NCBI GenBank assembly: GCA_965212115.1
Contig: CBDBUR010000002.1
Location: forward strand, 689,731-753,730
Direction: 5' to 3'
Length of the DNA stretch: 64,000 nt
Source of the DNA: Alphaproteobacteria bacterium
Lineage (GTDB): Bacteria; Pseudomonadota; Alphaproteobacteria; JAPOUT01; G958296285
Every line of letters starts with the position of its first letter. Positions within the stretch are counted from its first letter, which is position 1. The notes under the pieces are model-generated. The model had not been told where the DNA came from. It ran no database searches and saw only the letters and a list, made by a program, of their open reading frames with translations. Made by a program: the position numbers and the translations under genes. Positions 45,308 through 56,069 of this stretch are shown piece by piece.

Positions 45308-47098
45308 ATGGGATTGTTGAAAGAAATCCGTTTTGCCATCGACGCGATCGGCATGACCAATGAGCTGAAAAGGCTCAGCGCACAGACCGAAACGACGTTC
45401 ATCACGGAATTTGATAAGGTCATCAAAAAGCATGGCGACAAGCCGCTCCTCATCTTTGAGGGCAAAACCATCACCTATGATGAGTTTGACCGCCGCGCCG
45501 ATGCCTATGCGCATTGGATGAAAGCGCAAAACACAAAGAGAAGCGAAGTCGTCGCTTTGATGATGGAAAATCGTCCGGAATATCTGATGTGCTGGGTCGG
45601 CATTTTGCGCGCAGGCGGCACGGCCGCTTTGATCAACACGCATTTGATCGGCAAGCCGCTTGCTCATTGTCTGAACATATCGGGCGCAAAACATATCATT
45701 CTCGGCACCGAACTGGGCGAGCAATATGCCGGCGCCGCCGATATGCTTGAATTCACGCCAGAGCTCTGGACACAGGAAGGACAGATGCAAGGCTCAAAAA
45801 ATATCGATGAGGCGCTCGAATCTATGCCCAGCGAACGCTTCATCCTGCCGGAAAATCAAAAAATCGATTTTAACGACGATGCGCTCTACATCTATACCAG
45901 CGGCACAACCGGCAACCCTAAAGCCGCGCGCATCTCGCACCGCCGCATGCTGGGCATCATGTCGATTTTCTCCAAAGTCACCAAATCTAAGCCGCATGAC
46001 CGCAATTATATAATCCTGCCGCTCTATCACTCGGCGGGCGGCATGTGCGCCGTCGGTACGACAATGCTCACAGGCGGCGCGATGGTGTTGAAACGCAAAT
46101 TCTCGGTGCGTGATTTCTGGGACGACATATACAAACATGGCATCACACAATTCCAATATATCGGTGAGCTGTGCCGCTATCTCACCACCGCCCCCGTGCA
46201 AGAACACGAACAAGACCATAAACTCGAAAGAATCGTCGGCAATGGCCTGCGGCCGGATATCTGGCCGGAATTCCAAAAGCGCTTCAAAATACCCAAAATT
46301 CTTGAATTTTATGGCGCCACCGAAGGCAATGTGTCATTGATCAATTTCGACGGCCATGTCGGCGCTGTCGGACGCGTCCCCGGATGGGCGCGCTCGCGCT
46401 CCAACCTCGAAATCGCGCAGTTTGACATTGAAAAAGAAGAGCCCGTGCGCAATGAAGAAGGCTTTTGCATCAAATGCGGTCCAGACGAGGTCGGCGAATT
46501 GCTCGGAGAAATCTTCGACGATGACCCCGATAAGCCCTTCGCCCGCTTCGAAGGCTATGTCGGCAAAAAGGAAACACGGAGCAAAATCATGCACGACGTG
46601 TTCAAAAAAGGCGACCGATGGTTCCGCACTGGCGACCTGCTGAAATATGACAAAAAAGGCTATTTCTATTTCATCGACCGCATCGGCGACACATTTCGCT
46701 GGAAGGGCGAAAATGTCGCTACTTCAGAGGTCGCCGAAGTGCTGTCCACCTTTGACGGCATCAGCGATGTCAATGTCTATGGCGTCAATGTCCCCGGCAC
46801 TGATGGCCGCGCCGGCATGGCTTCGCTTGTCGTCGCAGGCGATGTCGACTTCAAAAAGTTCCACGAACATATCTCAAGCCAGCTGCCCGCTTATGCCCGG
46901 CCCGTCTTCCTGCGAATGCAAAAAGAAATGGAAGTCACCGGCACGTTCAAACATCGCAAAGTGGACCTCGTCAAGGATGGGTTTGATCCGGCAAAAATCT
47001 CCGACCCGATCTTGTTCAACAATCCGGAAACAAAGTCTTATGCCCCGCTTGATGGCCCAAGCTATGAAAAAATCATGTCCGGCGGCATGAGACTCTGA
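45308..47098 (+). CDS. Long-chain acyl-CoA synthetase / fatty-acid transport protein-like AMP-binding enzyme
   Basis: AMP-binding signature YIYTSGTTGNPKAARISH. 596 aa, FATP/VLACS-like architecture. Confidence 0.75.
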   Translation: MGLLKEIRFAIDAIGMTNELKRLSAQTETTFITEFDKVIKKHGDKPLLIFEGKTITYDEFDRRADAYAHWMKAQNTKRSEVVALMMENRPEYLMCWVGILRAGGTAALINTHLIGKPLAHCLNISGAKHIILGTELGEQYAGAADMLEFTPELWTQEGQMQGSKNIDEALESMPSERFILPENQKIDFNDDALYIYTSGTTGNPKAARISHRRMLGIMSIFSKVTKSKPHDRNYIILPLYHSAGGMCAVGTTMLTGGAMVLKRKFSVRDFWDDIYKHGITQFQYIGELCRYLTTAPVQEHEQDHKLERIVGNGLRPDIWPEFQKRFKIPKILEFYGATEGNVSLINFDGHVGAVGRVPGWARSRSNLEIAQFDIEKEEPVRNEEGFCIKCGPDEVGELLGEIFDDDPDKPFARFEGYVGKKETRSKIMHDVFKKGDRWFRTGDLLKYDKKGYFYFIDRIGDTFRWKGENVATSEVAEVLSTFDGISDVNVYGVNVPGTDGRAGMASLVVAGDVDFKKFHEHISSQLPAYARPVFLRMQKEMEVTGTFKHRKVDLVKDGFDPAKISDPILFNNPETKSYAPLDGPSYEKIMSGGMRL

Positions 47099-47099
47099 T

Positions 47100-47708
47100 A
47101 TGAGCGAACCCGCGCACGATGTGTTGAAATTTTGGCGCGCGGCAGGCGAAAAAAGCTGGTGGCGTTCCGATCCTTCATTTGATGCAAAAATCAGAGATCA
47201 GTTTCACAAGCTTCATCAAGATGCCGCCAACGGCAAGCTTGTTCATTGGCTGGGCAAGGCCGAAACGGCTTTGGCGCTCGTGATCGTGTTAGACCAGTTT
47301 TCGCGCAATATCTATCGCGGTGAGGCGCGCGCTTTCGCCTGTGATCTCAAAGCGCAACAGGTCGCACAGCAAAATCTAAAACGCGGCTACGATCTCAAAT
47401 TCGATGAGCCAGATCGCCTCTGGTTTTATATGCCCTTGATGCATTCGGAAAATCCCGAACTTCAATCTTTAGCGCTCAAATGTTTCAGCGAGAGATTAGC
47501 AAAAAATGAAAAACATCTGAAATTTGCCCAAGACCATAAGCAAGTGATCGATCGCTTCGGCCGATTCCCACACCGCAATGCAATCTTAGGTCGTGTCAAT
47601 ACAGATCAGGAAAAATCCTTCCTCGCCGAAAATCCAAATCAAGGCTGGGGGCAATCCGCAAAACAATCAAGTCAACAGGGAGATCATCATGACATCAGTG
47701 CAAGCTAA
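47100..47708 (+). CDS. DUF924-family protein
   Basis: 202 aa. ...LALVIVLDQFSRNIYRG...RFGRFPHRN... is typical of DUF924/YbaA-like proteins. Confidence 0.55.
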   Translation: MSEPAHDVLKFWRAAGEKSWWRSDPSFDAKIRDQFHKLHQDAANGKLVHWLGKAETALALVIVLDQFSRNIYRGEARAFACDLKAQQVAQQNLKRGYDLKFDEPDRLWFYMPLMHSENPELQSLALKCFSERLAKNEKHLKFAQDHKQVIDRFGRFPHRNAILGRVNTDQEKSFLAENPNQGWGQSAKQSSQQGDHHDISAS

Positions 47709-48591
47709 CGGAATCCAAATCGAATATGAACGCAAGGGCAACCCTGATAAAGAAACAATCCTGCTCATCATGGGATTGGGCGCACAATTGATCCAATGGC
47801 CCGACGAGCTGGTCGATCTGCTCGTCCAGCGCGGCTTCCAAGTGATCCGCTTCGACAATCGCGACATCGGCCTGTCAACAAAACTCGACAACGCACCCGT
47901 CCCCAATATGATGCAGCTCATGATGGATGTCGCCGCTGGCAAAAAAATCGATACCCCCTACAGCCTCAGCGATATGGCCGATGACGCCGCCGCTTTGCTC
48001 GATGCACTCGATATCAAAAAAGCGCATATCGTCGGCGCATCCATGGGCGGCATGATCGCTCAATTGATCGCGGTCAACCACAAAGAGCACGTCTTGAGCC
48101 TGACCTCGATCATGTCAACAACCGGCAATCCCGAAATGCCCCAAGGCACCCCCAAAGCTATGGAAGCCCTGCTCGCGCCGGTCAACGACCCGAACGATCT
48201 CGAAGAAGCCACCCGACGCGGCGTGCATATCTGGAAAACTATCGGCTCGCCGGGATATCCGCGCGACGACGACGACCTATATCAATATGTTAAACGCACC
48301 GTCGAGCGCTCCTATGACCCCAGAGGCGTCGCACGCCAGACAGCCGCTATCATGGCCGATGGCGACCGCCGCTCACGACTCAAAACCATCACCGCGCCGA
48401 CAATCGTGCTGCATGGCGAAGATGATCCCCTCGTCCCCATCCAAGGCGGCGAAGACACCGCCAAAACAATCCCCGGCGCTCAACTGCGCCGCATCCCCGG
48501 CATGGGGCACGATATCCCCCCCGCACTCTACGAAACCTATGCCGACGCCATCTGTGAAGCCGCCGCGCGCGCAACTCAACGCGCCGCCTGA
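47689..48591 (+). CDS. Alpha/beta-fold hydrolase
   Basis: Start MTSVQANGIQIEYERKG. HIVGASMGGMIA (GxSxG). ~300 aa. Confidence 0.65.
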   Translation: MTSVQANGIQIEYERKGNPDKETILLIMGLGAQLIQWPDELVDLLVQRGFQVIRFDNRDIGLSTKLDNAPVPNMMQLMMDVAAGKKIDTPYSLSDMADDAAALLDALDIKKAHIVGASMGGMIAQLIAVNHKEHVLSLTSIMSTTGNPEMPQGTPKAMEALLAPVNDPNDLEEATRRGVHIWKTIGSPGYPRDDDDLYQYVKRTVERSYDPRGVARQTAAIMADGDRRSRLKTITAPTIVLHGEDDPLVPIQGGEDTAKTIPGAQLRRIPGMGHDIPPALYETYADAICEAAARATQRAA

Positions 48592-48992
48592 TCTTGCGCG
48601 CGCCAATTCAACAATAGCCCGACCGGAAGAACGACCAGCCATAAATTTATCAACCACCAGAATATCTTATAATCTGCGACGATCAGCCAAAATGATATCG
48701 CCATAATGCCCGCGCAAAACATGAGACTCAACGAAATGACGTTGAATAATTCCTTCGTCTTGTCGGCAAGGGCATAAAAAATCCCGATCAGGCCCAAAAC
48801 CGAAAAAGCTAGATCAATCGGCAAAAAAGATAAATTCCACGCGACAATCGTCGGATCGCCATAATCTGAATACATATATTCAGGATCAAGGCTGATGATC
48901 TCCAAAAAATTGAGAAAAACCAAAAGCCAGTAAACGAGCATCCCGAAATCCGTCGCCGCCACCAGCATCTTTTGATTTTTTCCCAACAGCAT
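48576..48992 (-). CDS. Hypothetical small membrane protein
   Basis: 138-aa hydrophobic ORF. No motif. Confidence 0.35.
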   Translation of the reverse strand: MLLGKNQKMLVAATDFGMLVYWLLVFLNFLEIISLDPEYMYSDYGDPTIVAWNLSFLPIDLAFSVLGLIGIFYALADKTKELFNVISLSLMFCAGIMAISFWLIVADYKIFWWLINLWLVVLPVGLLLNWRAQDQAAR

Positions 48993-49011
48993 TTTGAGCC
49001 GACCTCTCTTT

Positions 49012-49088
49012 TGGTGATCCCGGGAGGATTCGAACCTCCGACCCCCAGATTAGGAATCTGGTGTTCTATCCGACTGAACTACGGGACC
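49012..49088 (-). tRNA. tRNA-Arg (anticodon CCU), CCA encoded
   Basis: Reverse complement GGTCCCGTAGTTCAGTCGGATAGAACACCAGATTCCTAATCTGGGGGTCGGAGGTTCGAATCCTCCCGGGATCACCA. Anticodon loop TTCCTAA. Clean cloverleaf. Confidence 0.85.
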
Positions 49089-49115
49089 CAGCCAAACCCA
49101 TTATATTCAAGATCA

Positions 49116-49790
49116 TCAAGATGATGAAGTCGGCGCATCGCCAGCCGCAGCCGCAGCACGACGCGCCGCGCCAAGAACCGAAACTAAAACTTCAGCCGCC
49201 GCCTCATCGTCAATTTTGCGCGCGAGCGCAACCTCACGCTGCAACCGCGCAAACGCCGACTCATATAATTGCCGCTCGCTATAAGATTGCTCGCGCTGCA
49301 TCTCCGAGCGATAAAGATCACGCACCACCTCGCAGAGCAAAACAAAATCGCCAGAATTGATTTTTGCCTCATATTCCTGCGCGCGGCGCGACCACATCGT
49401 CCTTTTGATCCGCGCGGGCTCCTTCAAAACGGCAACCCCAGCGCTCATTAGTTTTTCGTCGGCGAGCTTCCTCATGCCCATCGACGACACTTTGCTCACC
49501 GGCGCTTTGAGCACAAGACGCTCCTGCTTGAAATCAATCACAAAAAATTCCTGACTCTGTTCAGCCACTTGCTGCTCTTTGATCTCTATAATCTGCCCAA
49601 CACCGTGCGCCGGATAAACAACATACTCATTCAAACGAAACGAGGCGCGCTGTCGAATAGGGCCTTTCGGCTTGGCAGGCGGCGCAGCCTTCGTCTCAAT
49701 CTTTTTTTTGGGTGAAGATTTTTTGCCCGCAGCCTTTTTCGCGGCTTTTTTCTTCACGGATTTCTTCTGTGCTGGTTTCTTGACGGCCAT
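49116..49790 (-). CDS. carD: CarD/CdnL-family transcriptional regulator with Lys/Ala-rich (histone H1-like) N-terminal extension
   Basis: Core YVVYPAHGVGQIIEIKEQQVAEQSQEFFVIDF... is the CarD_TRCF RNAP-interaction domain. The N-terminus MAVKKPAQKKSVKKKAAKKAAGKKSSPKKK is AKKA-repeat-like. Confidence 0.7.
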   Translation of the reverse strand: MAVKKPAQKKSVKKKAAKKAAGKKSSPKKKIETKAAPPAKPKGPIRQRASFRLNEYVVYPAHGVGQIIEIKEQQVAEQSQEFFVIDFKQERLVLKAPVSKVSSMGMRKLADEKLMSAGVAVLKEPARIKRTMWSRRAQEYEAKINSGDFVLLCEVVRDLYRSEMQREQSYSERQLYESAFARLQREVALARKIDDEAAAEVLVSVLGAARRAAAAAGDAPTSSS

Positions 49791-49798
49791 ATCTGATT

Positions 49799-50143
49799 CT
49801 AATCCCCCTCGCCCGATTCGGCGCTGAAAAATTTATCAAACTTGCCGTCCATATCCTTATACTCATCGGCATCGGGCGGCGCATCACGCTTAATCGTGAT
49901 GTTCGGCCACTTCTCAGCATATTCAGTGTTGATTTTAAGCCATTTGTCCAGATCATCAACCGGCTCAGTGTCAGCAAAGATCGCATCAACCGGACATTCC
50001 GGCACACACACGCCGCAATCGATGCACTCATCGGGATGGATCACAAGCATATTCTCGCCCTCGTAAAAACAATCGACCGGACAAACTTCAACGCAATCCA
50101 TATATTTACACTTAATGCATTTTTCAGTCACGATGTAGGTCAT
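49799..50143 (-). CDS. fdxA: 7Fe ferredoxin (FdxA-type, [3Fe-4S][4Fe-4S])
   Basis: [55 protein letters not shown]. Confidence 0.9.
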   Translation of the reverse strand: MTYIVTEKCIKCKYMDCVEVCPVDCFYEGENMLVIHPDECIDCGVCVPECPVDAIFADTEPVDDLDKWLKINTEYAEKWPNITIKRDAPPDADEYKDMDGKFDKFFSAESGEGD

Positions 50144-50148
50144 GCGGC

Positions 50149-52368
50149 TCAGTCTATATCATCACGCACGCCAAAAGCAAGCAGCGCAGGTAAAAACAAA
50201 ACCGACGAAAATAGATCTAGACCCAAACCGATCATCATAAAAATCGCGAATTTTATCAGCAGAGCCAGTTCCGATAAAAGAAAAACCGCCGAACCCGCAC
50301 AAAAAAGAAGACTCGTCAAAATAATCGCCCAGCCCGTCAAATGCAGCGCCGAACCGCGCGCCGCTTCCCCCGACAGCCCCGCCCCACGCGCGCGACGCCA
50401 GCTATGCAAAAAATGAATCGAATCATCCACCGCTAATCCCAATGTGATCGACGCTACCAAAATTGTCGTGAAATCAAACGGCGTCCCCGACCACGAAATC
50501 AAGCCAAGCACCCCAACCACCGGAGCAAGATTCGATAAAAAACCCAAAACCCCTATACGCCAGCCAAATTGAACCAAAAAAATCACAAACACCGAAACAC
50601 CCGCTAGCGCAAAACTCGATAATTGTGTGCGCAATATCTCCGCGCCTAAAGCATGAACAAAAACATTGAAGCCGGTTAAAATGACCTCGCCCGCATGATC
50701 GCTCGATCGGATGACCGCCGTCGCTTCCCCAATCAGACGCTCAATCGCCCCGCTGCCTAAATCGGGCGTGCGCAAATGAATGCGCGTCGCCGTATAGTCA
50801 AAATTCGCATAAGGCGAAAGAATGTCATCCTTCGCCTCACTGCGCGAAAGCTCAAGAAAAAAAAGCTCTTGCGCAAGCTTCTCATCACTGTCGGGCAGAG
50901 CTTTCTTGCCGGTAAAAGCTTCATGCGCCTGACCCACAGGAATATCCATCGCCTCAGCGTGATTGATCTGCCGATGGCGCGCAAGCCGCTCGCTGAGCGC
51001 GCGCGCGCGATCAAACGCATCAAGCCGCTTGAAATGATCCGCCTCTCGATGCCTGATAATCACATCCAGCGCGCCAGAACCGCCAAGCTGACGATCCGCT
51101 AGCGCAAAATCCCGCCGGATCGCGCTGTCGGGCAGAAAAAAAACAGAAAGAAAATTCGTCTCAGTATGAAACTTCATCAGACCCGCACCAAAAAAACTCG
51201 TCAAGAGCAATGTCGCCAAACAAACCCTTCCCGGATGCGCCGTCGTTATATCATGACAAAAAACAAGAAAACGATCTAAAAACCCCTGAAACCGACTTTG
51301 CGCTGAAAGCACCACTCTGTTTTCAAAAAAGCGAAACAGACTCCAAAACGCCGCCAGCACAACTAAATAAAGCATCGTCATAATCACAAGCGAATCCCAG
51401 CCAAAATTTCGCAGCGGAATCAACCCCGAAACCGCAAAAGAGCCAAGACCAATCGCCGTCGTCAGATTGGCAAAAAAACACGGACGCCAAACACGCCCAA
51501 TCACATCGCGCGCGACCCCAAGCTTCCTGTAATGCGCAAGAATATGCAAGCCATGCGCCACCGCAATCACACCAACCAAGACCGGCAAAGTCAACGCAAC
51601 CGCCGTCATGTGATGCCCAGCCAAAACAATCATCGACAGACTCCCGACAACCGCAATCGTCGCAGTTAAAAAAACAAAAGCCGCAGTGAAAAATTGCCCA
51701 AGTGTCAGCCACAAAAAAACTGCCAGCATCAAAGCCGCCCCCGCCAGCAAAGGCATCATATCCGCGCGAGTCTGAATGTTGATCGCATCCTTGAGCGCCG
51801 CGCGCGCAATCAAATGATATTGCCCCTGCCAGCCCTCGCGCACCAATACCGCGCGCACACGCTCAAGAGCACGGCGGCGGCGCTCAGCCTGCTCGCGCGT
51901 ATCAAGACGCAAATCCAGCGCCGCAACCTGATGATCGTCTGATAAAAGACGACCCCGATAAGAACTCTGCGCAAAAGCCCGCGCAAAAGCTCTAAAGTCT
52001 TTGAACGCGCCGCGAGCAAACGCTTCAGAAAAACTTTCTACCTCGATGACACCCCCATGATCACTCAACCGCGTCGCCGAAAGCGGCGAGCGCATAGAAA
52101 TCAAATCTTGGCCTAAACCTTCTTCTAATGCCGCCTCAAGACGCTCAATGCGCGCCATCTCATCAGAATTGAAAAACCCACGAGGCACATCAACCGCAAT
52201 CACTAAATCATCGCCGGGCGCAAACTGTTCCGAGAGATAATCCAAATGAACTTCCTGAGGATGAGTCTCCGGCAGCCAATCGTCATTGTTAAAACTTAAT
52301 TGTGTGGCAGGCGCAATCAAAATCGCCAGGACAACCGCCCACAAAAAGGCGATGCCCGCCAATTTCAC
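50149..52368 (-). CDS. RND-superfamily MMPL-type exporter (HpnN-like lipid transporter)
   Basis: 739 aa. Two blocks of ~6 TM helices, each following a periplasmic loop (MMPL/SSD architecture). Confidence 0.65.
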   Translation of the reverse strand: MKLAGIAFLWAVVLAILIAPATQLSFNNDDWLPETHPQEVHLDYLSEQFAPGDDLVIAVDVPRGFFNSDEMARIERLEAALEEGLGQDLISMRSPLSATRLSDHGGVIEVESFSEAFARGAFKDFRAFARAFAQSSYRGRLLSDDHQVAALDLRLDTREQAERRRRALERVRAVLVREGWQGQYHLIARAALKDAINIQTRADMMPLLAGAALMLAVFLWLTLGQFFTAAFVFLTATIAVVGSLSMIVLAGHHMTAVALTLPVLVGVIAVAHGLHILAHYRKLGVARDVIGRVWRPCFFANLTTAIGLGSFAVSGLIPLRNFGWDSLVIMTMLYLVVLAAFWSLFRFFENRVVLSAQSRFQGFLDRFLVFCHDITTAHPGRVCLATLLLTSFFGAGLMKFHTETNFLSVFFLPDSAIRRDFALADRQLGGSGALDVIIRHREADHFKRLDAFDRARALSERLARHRQINHAEAMDIPVGQAHEAFTGKKALPDSDEKLAQELFFLELSRSEAKDDILSPYANFDYTATRIHLRTPDLGSGAIERLIGEATAVIRSSDHAGEVILTGFNVFVHALGAEILRTQLSSFALAGVSVFVIFLVQFGWRIGVLGFLSNLAPVVGVLGLISWSGTPFDFTTILVASITLGLAVDDSIHFLHSWRRARGAGLSGEAARGSALHLTGWAIILTSLLFCAGSAVFLLSELALLIKFAIFMMIGLGLDLFSSVLFLPALLAFGVRDDID

Positions 52369-52370
52369 CG

Positions 52371-54209
52371 CTAAAACTCAAGCGTCGCGCCGACGCGAAA
52401 GCTCAAAGAAAAATCATCAGAAAGCTCTGAATCCCCCCCCTGCTGTCTGTTTTCGTTGGAATCAGCAATGAGCTGGTTGGCAATGCTCGTCGTGTAATCT
52501 ACCGAAACAGTCCAGTTCAAATGCTCGTTCAGCAGTTTGGAGCCGGTGTAAAAAACGCTCACCCCCGCCACAACTCCCAAAAACCCGCCCGCAAAACCTA
52601 GCGTATGCTGCTGTTCAGCACCAAAATCATAAAACACATAGGCCGTCGGCAGAGGAATACCACCAAAATCGCTTTCGTCTAAAACCGAATCGCTGCCCGG
52701 AAACGCCGCCTTATAAAGCGCATTGGCACGATCCGCCTCATCAGACAATAAAGTTTGAAATAAAAGAAGACTTAAACCAAAATTCCAGCGATCATAACGC
52801 GCATCAAATCCGAGCTGCACCATAATCGCATCAACATCAACATATCCCCGACCGCCATTCATATCCGAGATCCAATTAAAAAGATCATCTTGACGCTGCA
52901 GCGAGCGCTGGCACTCGGCAAAAAAAGGATTGTTAGGATCGTTCGGACATATCGAAATCCGCCTCTGCGTGAAAAGACCAATATCAGACTGGCCTTGCAC
53001 ATAAACAAATTCACCCTTGATCGTCCATTCATTGATCGGCACGGAAAACTCTCCGGCGAAAGCTGTGGCCTCTCCCAAGATCAGGCGGTCCGTGACATTA
53101 TAGCCAATGACATTCCGCTCATCCCCGCAATCTGTGTCGCTCAAGCAGAATCTTTCCACCATCGGCAGGCGGTTAAAAAGATTCAGCAGCGAAAAACGAC
53201 CCTGATTAAAAGTAAAGCCCAAAGTGAAATCATCCAAACGCCATAAAGCGCGCCCCGCATAGCCGAGCTTGTCTTCTCCCTCAAGATCGCCAGAAAACGG
53301 AAATTCACATTCAGAAACGCCTTCTCTCGTATCACACGATATAAAATTCTCGCGGCCCCTGAAATTCGGATTGTCGGATGAAGGCTCCCCCTCAACAAAT
53401 ATATTATAGCTTCCGCCGATCAGCCCTTTCTCCAATATCGGATCAAGACTGGTTTGAAAAAACAAATAGCCCGAAAGCTCAACGCGCTCGGTCGGAAAAT
53501 AAGAAACGATGACGGCATCCTGCGGATAACGTAAATTATTGTTGGAAAAGCCAAACTCTCTGCTCTGAAACTCGATCGGCAGCAGCGCGTTGGTGACAGA
53601 AAAAACATCAAACTGACCCCAAGCCGGCCTTTGACGACCCACCGCCACAACCAAATCTGAACGAATCTCATATTCAAAAAAAGCTTCGCGCAATTCGCCT
53701 GAACTGTCTGTCACTTTGACGTCAAACTCGCAAGAGCGGCGGACATTGCGCACTCCTTCATCGCTCAGGCCGCGCACATCTACAGGGGCAAACCGACATT
53801 CGGAATCATCATTTTCAGGATTTTGAAGCTCCTGTCTTCTCTGACTCGTGGCATCTTGAAAGTTTTCTCCAAATGTCAGCGACAGCTCAACCTGACGATA
53901 GGAATAGCCACCCGACACCAATAGACGCCCTTTGCGCGATAAAAAATCAAACGGATAATCAAAACTTGCCGATCCAAAACCAAGAATCTGCTGAAATGAT
54001 CCGCTGCCGCCTGACCAAAAACCACCACCAATAATATGAAAATGACGCTGTAAAAAATCTAATGTCGGACTCGTTTGCGTTTGCGGCGCGCTGTCCTCAT
54101 CCAGAATGATCAAATCGTCATCCGCCGCTTGAGCCTGTGAAATGCCCAACACAATGCCCAACACTAAGAAAAAAACAAATGAAAAAAGCTTCACCTTTGA
54201 ACCTCTCAA
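52371..54209 (-). CDS. Outer-membrane beta-barrel protein, DUF1302-like, partner of the MMPL exporter
   Basis: Signal peptide MRGSKVKLFSFVFFLVLGIVLGISQAQA. C-terminal ...RVGATLEF (terminal aromatic residue). Gly/aromatic-rich alternating strands. Confidence 0.5.
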   Translation of the reverse strand: MRGSKVKLFSFVFFLVLGIVLGISQAQAADDDLIILDEDSAPQTQTSPTLDFLQRHFHIIGGGFWSGGSGSFQQILGFGSASFDYPFDFLSRKGRLLVSGGYSYRQVELSLTFGENFQDATSQRRQELQNPENDDSECRFAPVDVRGLSDEGVRNVRRSCEFDVKVTDSSGELREAFFEYEIRSDLVVAVGRQRPAWGQFDVFSVTNALLPIEFQSREFGFSNNNLRYPQDAVIVSYFPTERVELSGYLFFQTSLDPILEKGLIGGSYNIFVEGEPSSDNPNFRGRENFISCDTREGVSECEFPFSGDLEGEDKLGYAGRALWRLDDFTLGFTFNQGRFSLLNLFNRLPMVERFCLSDTDCGDERNVIGYNVTDRLILGEATAFAGEFSVPINEWTIKGEFVYVQGQSDIGLFTQRRISICPNDPNNPFFAECQRSLQRQDDLFNWISDMNGGRGYVDVDAIMVQLGFDARYDRWNFGLSLLLFQTLLSDEADRANALYKAAFPGSDSVLDESDFGGIPLPTAYVFYDFGAEQQHTLGFAGGFLGVVAGVSVFYTGSKLLNEHLNWTVSVDYTTSIANQLIADSNENRQQGGDSELSDDFSLSFRVGATLEF

Positions 54210-54257
54210 TTGAACCTCTCAATCTAAAAACCCTGTTGATTGAATATCTTATTCTTG

Positions 54258-55013
54258 CTACCTCTTCAAGCCCTTAAAGCCAACTTCATTGGCGTCAATG
54301 CGCGTTGAAACGCTGAAGTTCTCCTTTTGTATGCGGCTTTTGCCGTCGGTGCGATGATTCACCATCACCGCTTTCATCACCGTGAACATGCCCTTGACCT
54401 CCTTCACAACTTGATTTTCAAGCGTCTTTAACTTGACCCCCTGATGATCGTAAAAAATGACACGGCGCGGCACATTGTACTTTTTGAGAATATGCGTTTC
54501 AATCCGGCCATAGGGCTCGTTTTTGTCTTTCGGCGTCGAGACGATGATGATGATCTTACCATCATCTTTTTTCATCTCATGACGATCTTGATCAACCTGC
54601 CGCCCAGAAATATCGGCATTGGTGAAATCAGACCCCATAAAGCTTTTATGCTTATCGTTCGTGCTCAGCTTCTTGACCGCCTTGAGCGCAGGCAGATAAA
54701 TCCATTGTTCGGTCTGTACAGCGCCATTTTCGGCCTCGTTCAACAGCCCCGTGCCACGCACCGACGGCGGCTGGTAAAACTTGATCAAACTCTTCGTCCG
54801 ATCAGAAAAAATCTTATAAAGATAACGAAAATAACGAACCCGCTCACGGCCCGTCTTATCCAAAATGACCAGCTTGACCTCCGCCAATTGATCCTTATGC
54901 TGACGACTCTGATCAAAAACCTCCTGCATCACACCTCGACCCGATGACGCCTCAACCCGCTCCCCAAACAACAGCATCAAAACTAGAACAAAGCATGTGC
55001 GAATCACGGACAT
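54258..55013 (-). CDS. LolA-like periplasmic/outer-membrane lipoprotein-sorting family protein associated with the MMPL exporter
   Basis: Start MSVIRTCFVLVLMLLFG (signal peptide) at 55013. ~250 aa. Motif FMGSDFTNADI resembles the LolA-like DUF family found next to MMPL transporters. Confidence 0.45.
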   Translation of the reverse strand: MSVIRTCFVLVLMLLFGERVEASSGRGVMQEVFDQSRQHKDQLAEVKLVILDKTGRERVRYFRYLYKIFSDRTKSLIKFYQPPSVRGTGLLNEAENGAVQTEQWIYLPALKAVKKLSTNDKHKSFMGSDFTNADISGRQVDQDRHEMKKDDGKIIIIVSTPKDKNEPYGRIETHILKKYNVPRRVIFYDHQGVKLKTLENQVVKEVKGMFTVMKAVMVNHRTDGKSRIQKENFSVSTRIDANEVGFKGLKR

Positions 55014-55103
55014 CGCTAGTTTCCCTGCTTGTTCACGGCTATATAAAGTAGGACTTTGCATATATAACTCTATATATAGTCTATCCTTGCTTGGCAAATC
55101 CTT

Positions 55104-56066
55104 ATGAATATACTGCGCGATACCCACAATCTGCCCAAAACCCTCAAAGGCGCAGTCTATGCGATCGGCAATTTTGACGGCATCCATCGAGGCCACCGCG
55201 CCGTCATCGACGCCGCCATCCAACACGCCAAAAAAACATCCCAGCTAAAAGCGATCATCACCTTTGAGCCCCATTCGCGAAACTTCTTCCAGCCCAATCA
55301 GCCCCACGCACGCATCACCCCAGCCAAAATCAAAGCCGAACTGATAAAACAAATGGGCATCGATATTCTGTTCAATCTCCGTTTCAACCGCAAACTCGCC
55401 AATCTCTCGGCAGATGATTTTGTTAAAAATATATTGCATCAACAATTGGCAGTCTCTCATATCTCCGTCGGACAAAACTTCCGCTTCGGTGCCGGTCGCC
55501 GCGGCGATGCCAACTTCCTCGCCAAAATGGGGCAAAAAAGCGGCTTCAGCGTCGATATCATCAAGCCCGTCATGACCGATGAGAGCACAATCGAGGGCGC
55601 AATCTCATCAACTGCCATCCGCAGCGCTCTGAGCCAAGGACAGATCAAAAAAGCCGCCAGCCTGCTCGGACGCTGGTGGCAAATTGCCGGTGCCGTCCGC
55701 CATGGCGATCAACGCGGCCAAAAACTCGGCTTCCCAACGCTTAACCTCGCGCTCAAAGATTACGCCCCGCTCGCGTTGGGAGTCTATGCCGCGCACTGCC
55801 AGATCAACAACAAAATATATGACGCCGTCATCAATGTCGGGTTGCGGCCCACTTTCGGCGGCAACAAAACGCCTCTGCTTGAAGCCCACCTGCTCAACAC
55901 GACAGGTGATTTTTATGGTGCCTATGCCCGCGTTTTTCCGCTATATTTCATCCGCGCAGAAAAACACTTCGAAAACGTCGATGCGCTCAAAACACAAATC
56001 GCTCAAGACTGCACAACCGCACAAAAGCTGTGCCAAAACTTTAACACCAAAAACACTCTCAAATAA
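55104..56066 (+). CDS. ribF: Bifunctional riboflavin kinase / FMN adenylyltransferase RibF
   Basis: GNFDGIHRGHRAVI (FAD-synthetase motif), with a riboflavin-kinase C-domain. The ribF-ileS-lspA synteny is conserved. Confidence 0.85.
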   Translation: MNILRDTHNLPKTLKGAVYAIGNFDGIHRGHRAVIDAAIQHAKKTSQLKAIITFEPHSRNFFQPNQPHARITPAKIKAELIKQMGIDILFNLRFNRKLANLSADDFVKNILHQQLAVSHISVGQNFRFGAGRRGDANFLAKMGQKSGFSVDIIKPVMTDESTIEGAISSTAIRSALSQGQIKKAASLLGRWWQIAGAVRHGDQRGQKLGFPTLNLALKDYAPLALGVYAAHCQINNKIYDAVINVGLRPTFGGNKTPLLEAHLLNTTGDFYGAYARVFPLYFIRAEKHFENVDALKTQIAQDCTTAQKLCQNFNTKNTLK

Positions 56067-56069
56067 CAC

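Noticed and set aside
44821-45790. Two minus-strand ORFs (146 aa and 228 aa) overlapping the tRNA-Leu/intron region and the 5' end of the acyl-CoA synthetase gene
   Set aside because: They overlap a well-formed tRNA with a structured intron and are antisense to a strongly supported AMP-binding enzyme gene. Likely spurious.
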